This document shows, one piece after another, positions 1 to 8,119 of a stretch of 52,229 bases of DNA (position 1 is the stretch's first letter; the number at the start of each line of letters is the position of its first letter). Position numbers and translations under genes: made by a program. The notes under the pieces are model-generated. The model saw nothing but the letters and a program-made list of their open reading frames with translations. It had not been told where the DNA came from and did not search any database. The stretch is from Candidatus Aenigmatarchaeota archaeon (GTDB lineage Archaea; Aenigmatarchaeota; Aenigmatarchaeia; JACPZZ01): positions 1 through 52,229 of the forward strand of contig JACPZZ010000029.1 in assembly GCA_016195275.1 (NCBI GenBank), written 5' to 3'.

Positions 1-10
1 CGAAGTTGGT

Positions 11-3000
11 TTGAGTGCAACATACCTGTGCCACCGAAGCGCGGTTGACGGAAACTGGAAATGGGAAACACAGGCTGTTGTGCAGGCAGAGGTTGAAAGC
101 GATATATCTGTTTCAGGGATTTGTTCTGATAATTACGACAATAACTGCAACGGGTATATAGATTCTGCGGATGCGAACGATTGCAAAGCGCCTGTTTCTG
201 TCCTCGATTCTGTGGAAGGCGACAGCGCGGCTCCGTTTTTCGATACCATCAACGACGGAACAACAACGGTCAAATTGGCTGTTAATGATTTCCCGGTTGA
301 TACCAGCGAAGTCAGATGCAAATGGTATGTTTTGGAGTCAGGCTACGATGCTGATACGGGTGTTAATTGCGCAAACCCTGACGTATCAAATTTTGTATTT
401 TGCACTTTTGATCCGCTCGGTGATTCCGAAGGGTCTCACACAGGATATGTCGCATGCATTGACGAAAATCTAAACGGTCAGCCTTACACTGACGGCGTTT
501 CGTCCAGGACTTCCAAAAAAATCGACTGGACCGGCGACTGGACCGGACCTGCAGCAAGCTTTGCGAATCCGCCAGACCCGACTGGTGTTCCGTATGATAT
601 TGAAATCGGCTTGTCAGACGCGTTTGCGGGCGTTGACAAGAGCACTGTAAAAATATTTGTCAGCAACAACGGCGGCGCTGATACAGACATAACATCGTCG
701 GTTTCTGTTTCAGGCAACTGCCAGAACGCGGGGGTGAACTGCGCATACAAACGCACTATAATCAAAGGGGGCGCGGAAGCGGCGGATGGAACGCATAAAT
801 TGACAGTAACTTCAAAGGACAACTTAGGAAATTCGCAGCAAGCACCAAACACGTACACTTACATAGTGTCAACATGCAATTTGGATTCTGCTTCAATCGC
901 GCCTTCGGCGGCGTGTAATAAAGCGTTGAACATGTGTTCGGCAGCAGGTGCGGCATGTGCTGGCGGAAACGCGATCGATGTCACTGCGGGATACACGGGG
1001 CTGAATTGCCCGACATCATTCACGGTCCAGGTTGACGCAAAATCTGCTGATAACTTGTGCAATGTGCAGGGCTCGGGCGGGCAGATGGCAGGAATAAGCA
1101 TAACCTGTTCCAACCCGACGCCAAAGTCTACACAGCAAACATGCACAGGAACATGGAATTTGCCGAATCCTGTTCCTCCGGCATGCCAGGGAAAAGCCAT
1201 AACAGCAAAAAGCGGGGTGTGCGACGCGTCCATCGACGGGGTTTACTGTGCAACTCCCACCGGTTCTTTCGGCGCGTGCTATGATACAACTGTACCAATT
1301 ACATCAATAACAGTTAATAGTGGTAGTGATTTTTCATCCTCGCGGACAATAACCGCAACATCATTGTCAGGCAAGGACAACACATACGGTTTGAATTCCT
1401 GCATATTGGGCTGGGCCGATGCGGTAACGACTACGAAAACGTGCGGCGGTTCTGTCGGCGAGGAATGCGCAAGCTTATTTTCGGCGGCAGAAAAGCAGCA
1501 CACCTATGGGACAGACAGCGCATCTGTCGCTGATAAAATTTCCACGTTCAGCTGCACAAACAAAAACACCGTAACTGGAAGCACGTCAGATTCTATAACA
1601 GTGTGCAGCAGCATAGCCGACGCTTCGAATTTGCTGGCTTATGATTCCGCGTCAAAGACAACAACATTATCCGCATCCGCATGGCAGCGGGACAGCACGC
1701 CGTATTTTGAGTGGACCGCTGTAACGTCGCTGTGCGGCGTCACGTATGATGTGCAAGTCGATTCGAACCCTGCGACAACGATAACCACGAATTCATACGC
1801 ACCTGTCGGTTCGTTGTCAGACGCCAAACACACATTCACGGTCACGTCAAAGGACGGGAATAATTTAAGATTGGCGGGAACAGCGCAAACATTCAACCTG
1901 TGGGTCGATACAGCAGCGCCGACAACGTCTATTGATGAAACGATTCCGGCGTGGTTCACTACCGAACCGAACCTTCACCTGTCCTGTTCCGACAGTCCGG
2001 CGGGCGAGAATTCCGGCTGTGGGACAACCCGATACTGCACAGGTTCAGGCTGCGCGCCGGGCACGAATTATAATCCTGCAACAGGAATAACAATCTCATC
2101 CAGCACGGTTCTCGGCTATAGTTCAAGCGATAATGCAGGCAACAATGAAATCACGAGCTACACAACAATAAATGTTGATACAACGCCGCCGTCTGCTGTT
2201 ACCGTATCAGACAGCGGCGCGTTCACAGCATCAACGACAACGCTAACCGCTACATGGACAACCTCGGAGGATGCGCAATCGGGAATATCCTTGTACCAGT
2301 ATGCTGTCGGGACAACATCTGGCGGGACGGATATCAGAGGTTTTACAGATGTGGGGCTCGCGACTTCAGCGACTATTACAGGCTTGGCTTTGCTGAATGA
2401 AAACACCTATTACATTACAGTAAGATCAAAGAACGGCGCCGGATTGTTCAGCACGCCGGCTTCAACTGACGGTATAACCGTAGATACTGAAGGACCTACA
2501 GGCGTTAATGCCGTAACAGTGGAAAATTCTTTTGGAAGCTATTCGTCAAGCCCATTCGCGGCATTTACAGGCAGCATTGCGGATGCGTTGTCAGGCGTAA
2601 ATAGAGGGACATGCGGATATACAATAGATGACAGTGTATGGGGTGCCGCAATATGGAATGCTACTGACAGCAGTTGCAAAGAATCGGATATTGCCTGTAC
2701 TGACGGCCAATCGCTTACGGTTAAGATGCGCGTATCCGATAATCTTGATACCTATTCAGCAACATCGCCTGCAATAAGTAAAATATGCGACGCCACAACG
2801 CCTGTTATCGAGTCAATAATTCCTGGTACCGGGGAAACGCGCCGTACTTCGTCCAAAGACGTAGGATTTTCTGTTACAGCCAAGGATGCCAAATCGGGAA
2901 TGTCGGCAATTGAATGGATTCTATTTGTCAATGATGTGGACAAGGGGTCATTATTTAAGAAATGTGATGGCGGCACAGGCGTTTCGGTTACATGCACGTT

Positions 3001-4891
3001 TCAGTCCGGCCTGACCGAGATGACCTCCTGTGCATCGCAGAGTTCGCCTGAAACATGCAGTTTTGCGCCCAAGTCTGGTAAAAGTTATTGGCTTTCAGTT
3101 GAAGCTCAAACAGGTTCCGGTACAGGGACAATATCGTTGGAAATGGCGAGTCCAGGAGATACTGTAGAGACAACTGATACCGCAGTAGTGACTCCTGCGC
3201 CAACCGGGTTTACGTGCGCTGATGCAACAGACCTTGGTTCGATCAGCCCAGGCGGAACTATTTCGCAATCAACTAATAATTTGGATGCCAGCAGCCTTGT
3301 AAATAAACAATTGTTCAAATTCACTACAAACGCAGACACGGCGTTAACGTTAACACTTACGTCTCCTGATGGCGCGGATTTCGATGCGAAGATTTACTAT
3401 GGAGATTGTCCAAATGTGAAAAATGGTGATAAAATACGTGTGGACATCTTAGCTGGTGATCATGTAGATACGTGGTCTGATGTTGCATCGTCCGGCGAAT
3501 GGATCATCGATTTTGATATCCCAGGAGTCTCAGATATATCGCCCACTGTTGCTACGTTTAACGTGCAAACAAATTATTCTGCGGTGGCTAAGTCTCAAAC
3601 TGGCAAAACAATAGTATCGTGTGATCTTTTGGTAAATGGGGTTAAAGTTGATGATATGGTTCTGACAGCCGGAACTGCAGAAGATGGTACGTGGACAGGA
3701 CGGTATACAATAACCTCGCCGGCAATTATTTTCATGAGGGCGCAATGCACAGACAGCGCCGGCAATAAAGGTGATGGTTTAGATGTTTTGGTATCATTGG
3801 CCACAGATTTAAAAAGCGGCGTGAACCTTCTTATAGACAAGCCTCCAGTATTTTCACAACCTCTGTTTAAAAGCCTCCCTCCGGTACGAATCATTAAAAG
3901 CCTTTCTACAAGGGTTATAACTGAAATCAAAAGCCTCCCTCCGGTGTCTCGAGACATACCTCATGCACTTATGCTACCTATCACACGTACTCATTCTAAA
4001 ATCACAAACCAGTCCTCAAAAAACATATCTTCTCAGTTATTACCTATCTCTCAAATCCTTAAAAGCCTCCCTCCGGTGTCAGAAAACATATCTTCTCAAC
4101 TATTACCTATTTCCGAAATCAAAAGCCTCCCTCCCGAATCTGTAATTATCGTCAATCTAGAAAAAGGTGACATCACAAATATAACAGCTTATTACAAATT
4201 ACTTGGCGAAGCCCCGGAAAGAGAGGCTATAAAGGGAGCGAAATGTTGGATATCTGCCAGTAATTTCAATGACCCGGCAAAAGGCATAGTTGGAGCAAAT
4301 CTGAAAGGTTTGGATAACGGCTACTACACATATTCATTCGAAGCTCCAACGATCTCTGGTTTATATGGTTATACGGTTTCATGCGCTAAAAGAGGTTATC
4401 AAACCAGCTCTAATTCAGGCTCTTTTTTTGTATTAGGATGTGAAGGAGTGGTATGCATTAAAGTCACGCCTAAGGATACTGCAGCAATACTCACACTGGG
4501 AAAAACGCAAACAATAAGCCTTCAATTAAAGAACAGGGCAGACGATACTCGGAAATATTCGATATCGCTGATTTCTTCGGACCCTAAGGTGCTGACAGAG
4601 ATATCGCCTACCCAAATAACATTAGCAAACGGTGAAATAAAAACAGTAAAAGTTTTGCTTACTTCACTGGTACTGGATGAGCGACAGATAATACAGAACA
4701 TAAAAGTCGAGAATATCGCTACTAATGCTGATTTTGAAGTATCGTCTATAAGAATAGCAATAGCCATAAGCACGCTTCCTGAAATAGGCGCTGTTGAAGT
4801 GGTTGCGATTTTTGCGCTAGCAGCGCTTATCGTCTACCTGAAATCCAAAAACAAAAAACACGCAAAAAAGAGTGGTAAGAGAAGGCGATAA
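11..4891 (+). CDS. Very large Cys/Thr/Ser-rich cell-surface protein with Ig-like/FN3-like repeats and a C-terminal membrane anchor (probably 5'-truncated by the window edge)
   Basis: 1626-aa ORF, frame open to the window start. CSDNYDNNCNGYIDSAD motif; recurring D-T/W-T-x-P domain boundaries (DWTGP, DTTVP, DTAAP, DTTPP, DTEGP); C-terminal LPEIG + hydrophobic helix + Lys/Arg tail. Confidence 0.75.
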   Translation: MSATYLCHRSAVDGNWKWETQAVVQAEVESDISVSGICSDNYDNNCNGYIDSADANDCKAPVSVLDSVEGDSAAPFFDTINDGTTTVKLAVNDFPVDTSEVRCKWYVLESGYDADTGVNCANPDVSNFVFCTFDPLGDSEGSHTGYVACIDENLNGQPYTDGVSSRTSKKIDWTGDWTGPAASFANPPDPTGVPYDIEIGLSDAFAGVDKSTVKIFVSNNGGADTDITSSVSVSGNCQNAGVNCAYKRTIIKGGAEAADGTHKLTVTSKDNLGNSQQAPNTYTYIVSTCNLDSASIAPSAACNKALNMCSAAGAACAGGNAIDVTAGYTGLNCPTSFTVQVDAKSADNLCNVQGSGGQMAGISITCSNPTPKSTQQTCTGTWNLPNPVPPACQGKAITAKSGVCDASIDGVYCATPTGSFGACYDTTVPITSITVNSGSDFSSSRTITATSLSGKDNTYGLNSCILGWADAVTTTKTCGGSVGEECASLFSAAEKQHTYGTDSASVADKISTFSCTNKNTVTGSTSDSITVCSSIADASNLLAYDSASKTTTLSASAWQRDSTPYFEWTAVTSLCGVTYDVQVDSNPATTITTNSYAPVGSLSDAKHTFTVTSKDGNNLRLAGTAQTFNLWVDTAAPTTSIDETIPAWFTTEPNLHLSCSDSPAGENSGCGTTRYCTGSGCAPGTNYNPATGITISSSTVLGYSSSDNAGNNEITSYTTINVDTTPPSAVTVSDSGAFTASTTTLTATWTTSEDAQSGISLYQYAVGTTSGGTDIRGFTDVGLATSATITGLALLNENTYYITVRSKNGAGLFSTPASTDGITVDTEGPTGVNAVTVENSFGSYSSSPFAAFTGSIADALSGVNRGTCGYTIDDSVWGAAIWNATDSSCKESDIACTDGQSLTVKMRVSDNLDTYSATSPAISKICDATTPVIESIIPGTGETRRTSSKDVGFSVTAKDAKSGMSAIEWILFVNDVDKGSLFKKCDGGTGVSVTCTFQSGLTEMTSCASQSSPETCSFAPKSGKSYWLSVEAQTGSGTGTISLEMASPGDTVETTDTAVVTPAPTGFTCADATDLGSISPGGTISQSTNNLDASSLVNKQLFKFTTNADTALTLTLTSPDGADFDAKIYYGDCPNVKNGDKIRVDILAGDHVDTWSDVASSGEWIIDFDIPGVSDISPTVATFNVQTNYSAVAKSQTGKTIVSCDLLVNGVKVDDMVLTAGTAEDGTWTGRYTITSPAIIFMRAQCTDSAGNKGDGLDVLVSLATDLKSGVNLLIDKPPVFSQPLFKSLPPVRIIKSLSTRVITEIKSLPPVSRDIPHALMLPITRTHSKITNQSSKNISSQLLPISQILKSLPPVSENISSQLLPISEIKSLPPESVIIVNLEKGDITNITAYYKLLGEAPEREAIKGAKCWISASNFNDPAKGIVGANLKGLDNGYYTYSFEAPTISGLYGYTVSCAKRGYQTSSNSGSFFVLGCEGVVCIKVTPKDTAAILTLGKTQTISLQLKNRADDTRKYSISLISSDPKVLTEISPTQITLANGEIKTVKVLLTSLVLDERQIIQNIKVENIATNADFEVSSIRIAIAISTLPEIGAVEVVAIFALAALIVYLKSKNKKHAKKSGKRRR
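3869..4134 (+). repeat. Intragenic direct repeats AAAAGCCTCCCTCC (KSLPP) x4
   Basis: Copies start at 3869, 3929, 4061 and 4121; the longer unit NISSQLLPIS is duplicated. Confidence 0.85.
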
Positions 4892-4896
4892 CCACC

Positions 4897-5424
4897 ATGC
4901 CACTCGCTGTTACCCATGTTTTATTGACAGTGATAGCCGTGGACCTTTACAGGGATTATGTCACAAAGCATAAGAAATATTTCACACTGCATACGATTTT
5001 CGTGGCAGGAGTTGCAGGCTTGCTTCCGGATATCGACATACCATTGACCTGGGTTTTAAACGTTTTGATCCCGGGTTCAATGCCTGCAATATTAGCGCAC
5101 GGCGGTTTGACGCACACGCCTTTTTTTGGGCTCGTTTTTTTGTTGCCGGCGTTCTACCTTTGGAAGGATAAGGAACATAAAAAAGCGATGTATTTTTTCG
5201 TGATAACATTCGGAGTCTTATTTCATATATTTTTAGACTTTTTGCTTGGCGGCGGCATGCGCGAGGGTATAATGGTTTTTTGGCCTTTGTCGGCGGATAC
5301 GTTCAAAATACACATCCTGTCAAAACTCGGACTTGTTGATGTGCCGCAGGGGCTTGACGCCCTGATACTCCTTTTATGGCTCTACCGCGAGGAAAGAAGG
5401 CATAAAATCAAGGATTTCATATAA
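4897..5424 (+). CDS. Membrane-bound metal-dependent hydrolase (YdjM-like)
   Basis: N-terminal His, LLPDID, HGGLTHT and HIFLD motifs; several transmembrane helices. Confidence 0.75.
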   Translation: MPLAVTHVLLTVIAVDLYRDYVTKHKKYFTLHTIFVAGVAGLLPDIDIPLTWVLNVLIPGSMPAILAHGGLTHTPFFGLVFLLPAFYLWKDKEHKKAMYFFVITFGVLFHIFLDFLLGGGMREGIMVFWPLSADTFKIHILSKLGLVDVPQGLDALILLLWLYREERRHKIKDFI

Positions 5425-5456
5425 ATTTACGGATTTTTCAACAAAGCCACGTCTGC

Positions 5457-5472
5457 CGAAAACCTTAAATAT
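5457..5472 (+). promoter_or_regulatory. Putative BRE/TATA promoter of the 5S-tRNA cluster
   Basis: CGAAAACCTTAAATA about 25-30 nt upstream of the 5S rRNA. Confidence 0.5.
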
Positions 5473-5494
5473 ACGCTATATTATAATATGGTCT

Positions 5495-5615
5495 GGCTGG
5501 CGGCCAAAGCGGAAGGGAAACATCCGTACCCATATCGAACACGGCAATTAAGACTTCCTGCGATCTAAGCTGTAGTTGGATGCAATATCCTGCGAAACTT
5601 AGGACGCTGCCTGCC
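5495..5615 (+). rRNA. rrf: 5S rRNA
   Basis: Helix I GGCTGGCGGC/GCTGCCTGCC, conserved CCGTACCCAT-x-TCGAACACGG loop C, GCGAAAC loop E region, 121 nt, followed by a T-run. Confidence 0.9.
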
Positions 5616-5709
5616 GCCTTTTTAAAAAAAGGTCAAGTAAAAATGTTCATCCGCCGGTGGTAAATTATTATAAAAAAATCTGATTTGGTTGCAATTTCTG
5701 TTAAGCAAA

Positions 5710-5951
5710 GCCTGGGTAGTGTAGCGGTCTACCACGCGGGACTGTCAAATAAAATCCCTTTCTTTTTCGAAGAAAGGTCTTTTAAACAAAGGAAACCTTT
5801 GGTTCCCTTGCACAGTTTTGCTGTTGCAAAACCTGTGACCCCAAAGAAAACGAACGATCATACAGGGAAAGATAGACCGGTAAGAAAACCGCAGGTTTTC
5901 TTGCGGTACAGAACTCCCGTAACCCGGGTTCAAATCCCGGCCCAGGCGCCA
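5710..5951 (+). tRNA. tRNA-Asp(GTC) with a 166-nt intron at 37/38 (5748-5913); CCA encoded
   Basis: Acceptor GCCTGGG/CCCAGGC, anticodon stem CGGGA/TCCCG, T-arm CCGGG-TTCAAAT-CCCGG. BHB central helix CTGT/ACAG with 3-nt bulges CAA and AAC. Confidence 0.92.
5786..5837. repeat. Twin-hairpin module M1 (inside tRNA-Asp intron)
   Basis: CAAAGGAAACC-TTT-GGTTCCCTTG followed directly by CACAGTTTTGC-TGTT-GCAAAACCTGTG. Confidence 0.75.
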
Positions 5952-5959
5952 AACCATAT

Positions 5960-6010
5960 ATTAGAAAACCATTCAGGTTTTCTAATTGAGAAAACCGCGG
6001 GTTTTTCCAA
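5960..6010. repeat. Twin-hairpin module M2 (tRNA-Asp/tRNA-Lys spacer)
   Basis: ATTAGAAAACC-ATTCA-GGTTTTCTAAT then TTGAGAAAACC-GCG-GGTTTTTCCAA; the first stem is identical to the one at 29836. Confidence 0.8.
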
Positions 6011-6092
6011 TCACCAGAAAGATTACATGAAACATTCAAAACGAACCGAAAATGCAATATCAAAATTAAATTTGATGTTCGATTCGTTTTAC

Positions 6093-6378
6093 GGGCCCGT
6101 AACTCAGCCTGGTAGAGTATCGGGCTTTTAAGCGAGTTGTCGGATGAAACAGGAAGTAAACTGAAGTATACCAATGGTATGCTTCGGTCTGAACCTGTTT
6201 CGATCAGCAAAAGTTTAAAAGAGCTGAGACCGTTCAAACTTTGAGACAAAGTTTGATCAAAGGGGGCGGTTTATGATCAAAAATCAAAACAGATATGAAA
6301 AATCAGAAATAATTGATATCAGTTTTGATTTTACGTAAAGAAACCCGAGAGTCGTGGGTTCAAATCCCGCCGGGCCCA
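6093..6378 (+). tRNA. tRNA-Lys(TTT) with a 212-nt intron at 37/38 (6131-6342)
   Basis: Acceptor GGGCCCG/CGGGCCC, D-arm ACTC/GAGT, anticodon stem TCGGG/CCCGA, T-loop TTCAAAT. BHB helix CTTT/AAAG, bulges TAA and AAA, closing GCG/CGT. Confidence 0.92.
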
Positions 6379-6396
6379 AAATTCGGAGAGGTTGGA

Positions 6397-6645
6397 ATGA
6401 AAGAAGAGATCAAAATCACGAGCCATTTTGTTGTACCAAAACATGAGATATTGACGCCGGATGAAATAAAAGTTCTTCTGGACAAGTTCAAAATTTCCAT
6501 AAACCAGTTACCCAGGATTGCGGAAGACGATGTTGTAGTAAAAGAAATAGGGGCCAGTGTAGGCGATGTCCTTAAAATTACAAGAGCTTCGCTTACGGCA
6601 GGCGTTTCCCAGTATTACCGGTTGGTTGTGAGGGAACAGCTATGA
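6397..6645 (+). CDS. rpoH: RNA polymerase subunit H (Rpo5)
   Basis: HFVVPKHEIL...LPRI...GDVLKITRASLTAG..YYRLV; start moved to ATG 6397 after a GAGG RBS. Confidence 0.95.
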   Translation: MKEEIKITSHFVVPKHEILTPDEIKVLLDKFKISINQLPRIAEDDVVVKEIGASVGDVLKITRASLTAGVSQYYRLVVREQL

Positions 6646-8114
6646 ATTCTAAGTTATTAATGGGTTCGTTTGCGAAAGAAAGAGGATTTGTAAAATACCA
6701 ACTGGAGTCTTTCAGCGATTTTGTAAGTTTCAGACTCCAAAAAATCATCACGCAGATAAACGAGATAAAACCTGAAGTTCCTGAATTAAACCTGAAAATA
6801 AAACTGGGTAAAATAAAGCTGGGCAAGCCTTCGGTAAAAGAGGCGGACGGCGCTGTAAGAACCGTTTTCCCGATGGAAGCCCGTTTGAGAAATTTAACTT
6901 ATGCGGCGCCGCTTTTTGTCGAGATGACGCAGGTCATCAACGACATAGAAGAAAGGCCTGTGATGGTCCATATCGGAGATTTGCCTGTGATGGTAAAATC
7001 CGGATTGTGCTCCACTACGGGACTTTCGGAACAGGAGTTGGTCGATGTAGGAGAAGACCCTCAGGATCCGGGCGCATACTTTATAGTAAACGGAACCGAA
7101 CGTGCACTGGTTTTGGTGGAGGAAATATCCCCGAACAGGATAATATTGGAAAAGAAAGAGGGGAGCGTGACCGGCGTAGCCAGAATAAATTCAGAAAAAG
7201 ATGGTTTCGTGCAGAGGCATATAGTAGAGATGAAGCAGGACGGCATAATCACGGCTTCTTTTGCAAATGTGCATAAAATACCTATCATAATCTTGCTCAA
7301 GGCATTGGGCTTGGAGACGGACAAAGACATCATATCGTCCGTATCCAGCGACGCCCAGGTGGGAGAGGAATTTTATCCGAACATTTACGAGAGCGATGTG
7401 AAAAAAGTAGAGGACGCTCTGGACGGGATAGGAAAACATTTGAAGGTCGCTCCGGAATACAGAAAGTCCAGGGCCGAACAGGTGATAGATCGTTACTTAT
7501 TGCCTCATATAGGCCAGAAACCCGAGAACAGGCTAGAAAAGGCAAAATATCTTTCAAAAGTTGCCAAGAAGCTAATAGACCTGAAGATGGGAAAGGTTGT
7601 AGAGGACGATTTAGACCATTATTCCAACAAGAGATTGAGGATGTCCGGCGATCTGCTTGAATTGTTGTTCAGGTCAATACTCCTTGGAAGATGGGGGTTG
7701 ATAACAAGAATCTGTTACAATTACCAAAAGCTTGCCAAGAGAGGAAAAGTTCCTTCGGTCCAATCCGTAGTGGAATCGAATGTGTTGACAAACCAATTGG
7801 CATCCTCGCTGGCAACAGGAGCCTGGGTAGGCGGACGAACCGGCGTTTCACAAAGACTCGAAAGGGGAAATTTCATAAGGACGCTTTCACATTTACGCAA
7901 TGTATTATCACCGTTGACGACAACGCAGGAACATTTCGAGGCAAGAGAACTGCATTTGACGCACTGGGGTCGTTTATGCCCGTCAGAAACGCCTGAAGGG
8001 CCGTCTATCGGATTGAGAAAATACCTTTCGATAATGGCCGAAGCGACGCCGGGTATGAATGAAAAAGAAAGCAAAGATCTGTTGGATTCGCTGAATATAG
8101 AAAACCCTGTTTGA
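6642..8114 (+). CDS. rpoB2: RNA polymerase subunit B'' (Rpo2 N-terminal part)
   Basis: PMEARLRNLTYAAP, GAYFIVNGTER, CPSETPEGPSIGL motifs. Confidence 0.95.
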   Translation: MNSKLLMGSFAKERGFVKYQLESFSDFVSFRLQKIITQINEIKPEVPELNLKIKLGKIKLGKPSVKEADGAVRTVFPMEARLRNLTYAAPLFVEMTQVINDIEERPVMVHIGDLPVMVKSGLCSTTGLSEQELVDVGEDPQDPGAYFIVNGTERALVLVEEISPNRIILEKKEGSVTGVARINSEKDGFVQRHIVEMKQDGIITASFANVHKIPIIILLKALGLETDKDIISSVSSDAQVGEEFYPNIYESDVKKVEDALDGIGKHLKVAPEYRKSRAEQVIDRYLLPHIGQKPENRLEKAKYLSKVAKKLIDLKMGKVVEDDLDHYSNKRLRMSGDLLELLFRSILLGRWGLITRICYNYQKLAKRGKVPSVQSVVESNVLTNQLASSLATGAWVGGRTGVSQRLERGNFIRTLSHLRNVLSPLTTTQEHFEARELHLTHWGRLCPSETPEGPSIGLRKYLSIMAEATPGMNEKESKDLLDSLNIENPV

Positions 8115-8119
8115 TATTT

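Noticed and set aside
3869-4134. Possible CRISPR array from the AAAAGCCTCCCTCC repeats
   Set aside because: Repeats are only 14-16 nt with irregular spacing, the spacers are partly duplicated, all lie in frame within a CDS, and no cas genes are present.
6148-6160. tRNA-Lys intron segment CAGGAAGT complementary to 5S rRNA ACTTCCTG (possible C/D guide)
   Set aside because: Only 8 bp, not adjacent to the D-like box, and partly sequestered in a stem; consistent with chance.
5685-6396. ORFs 5685-6131 (+), 5745-5957 (-), 5782-6249 (-) and the N-terminal extension of rpoH from 6313
   Set aside because: They overlap tRNA-Asp and tRNA-Lys exons and introns and show no protein-like motifs; the introns are too short to encode a homing endonuclease.
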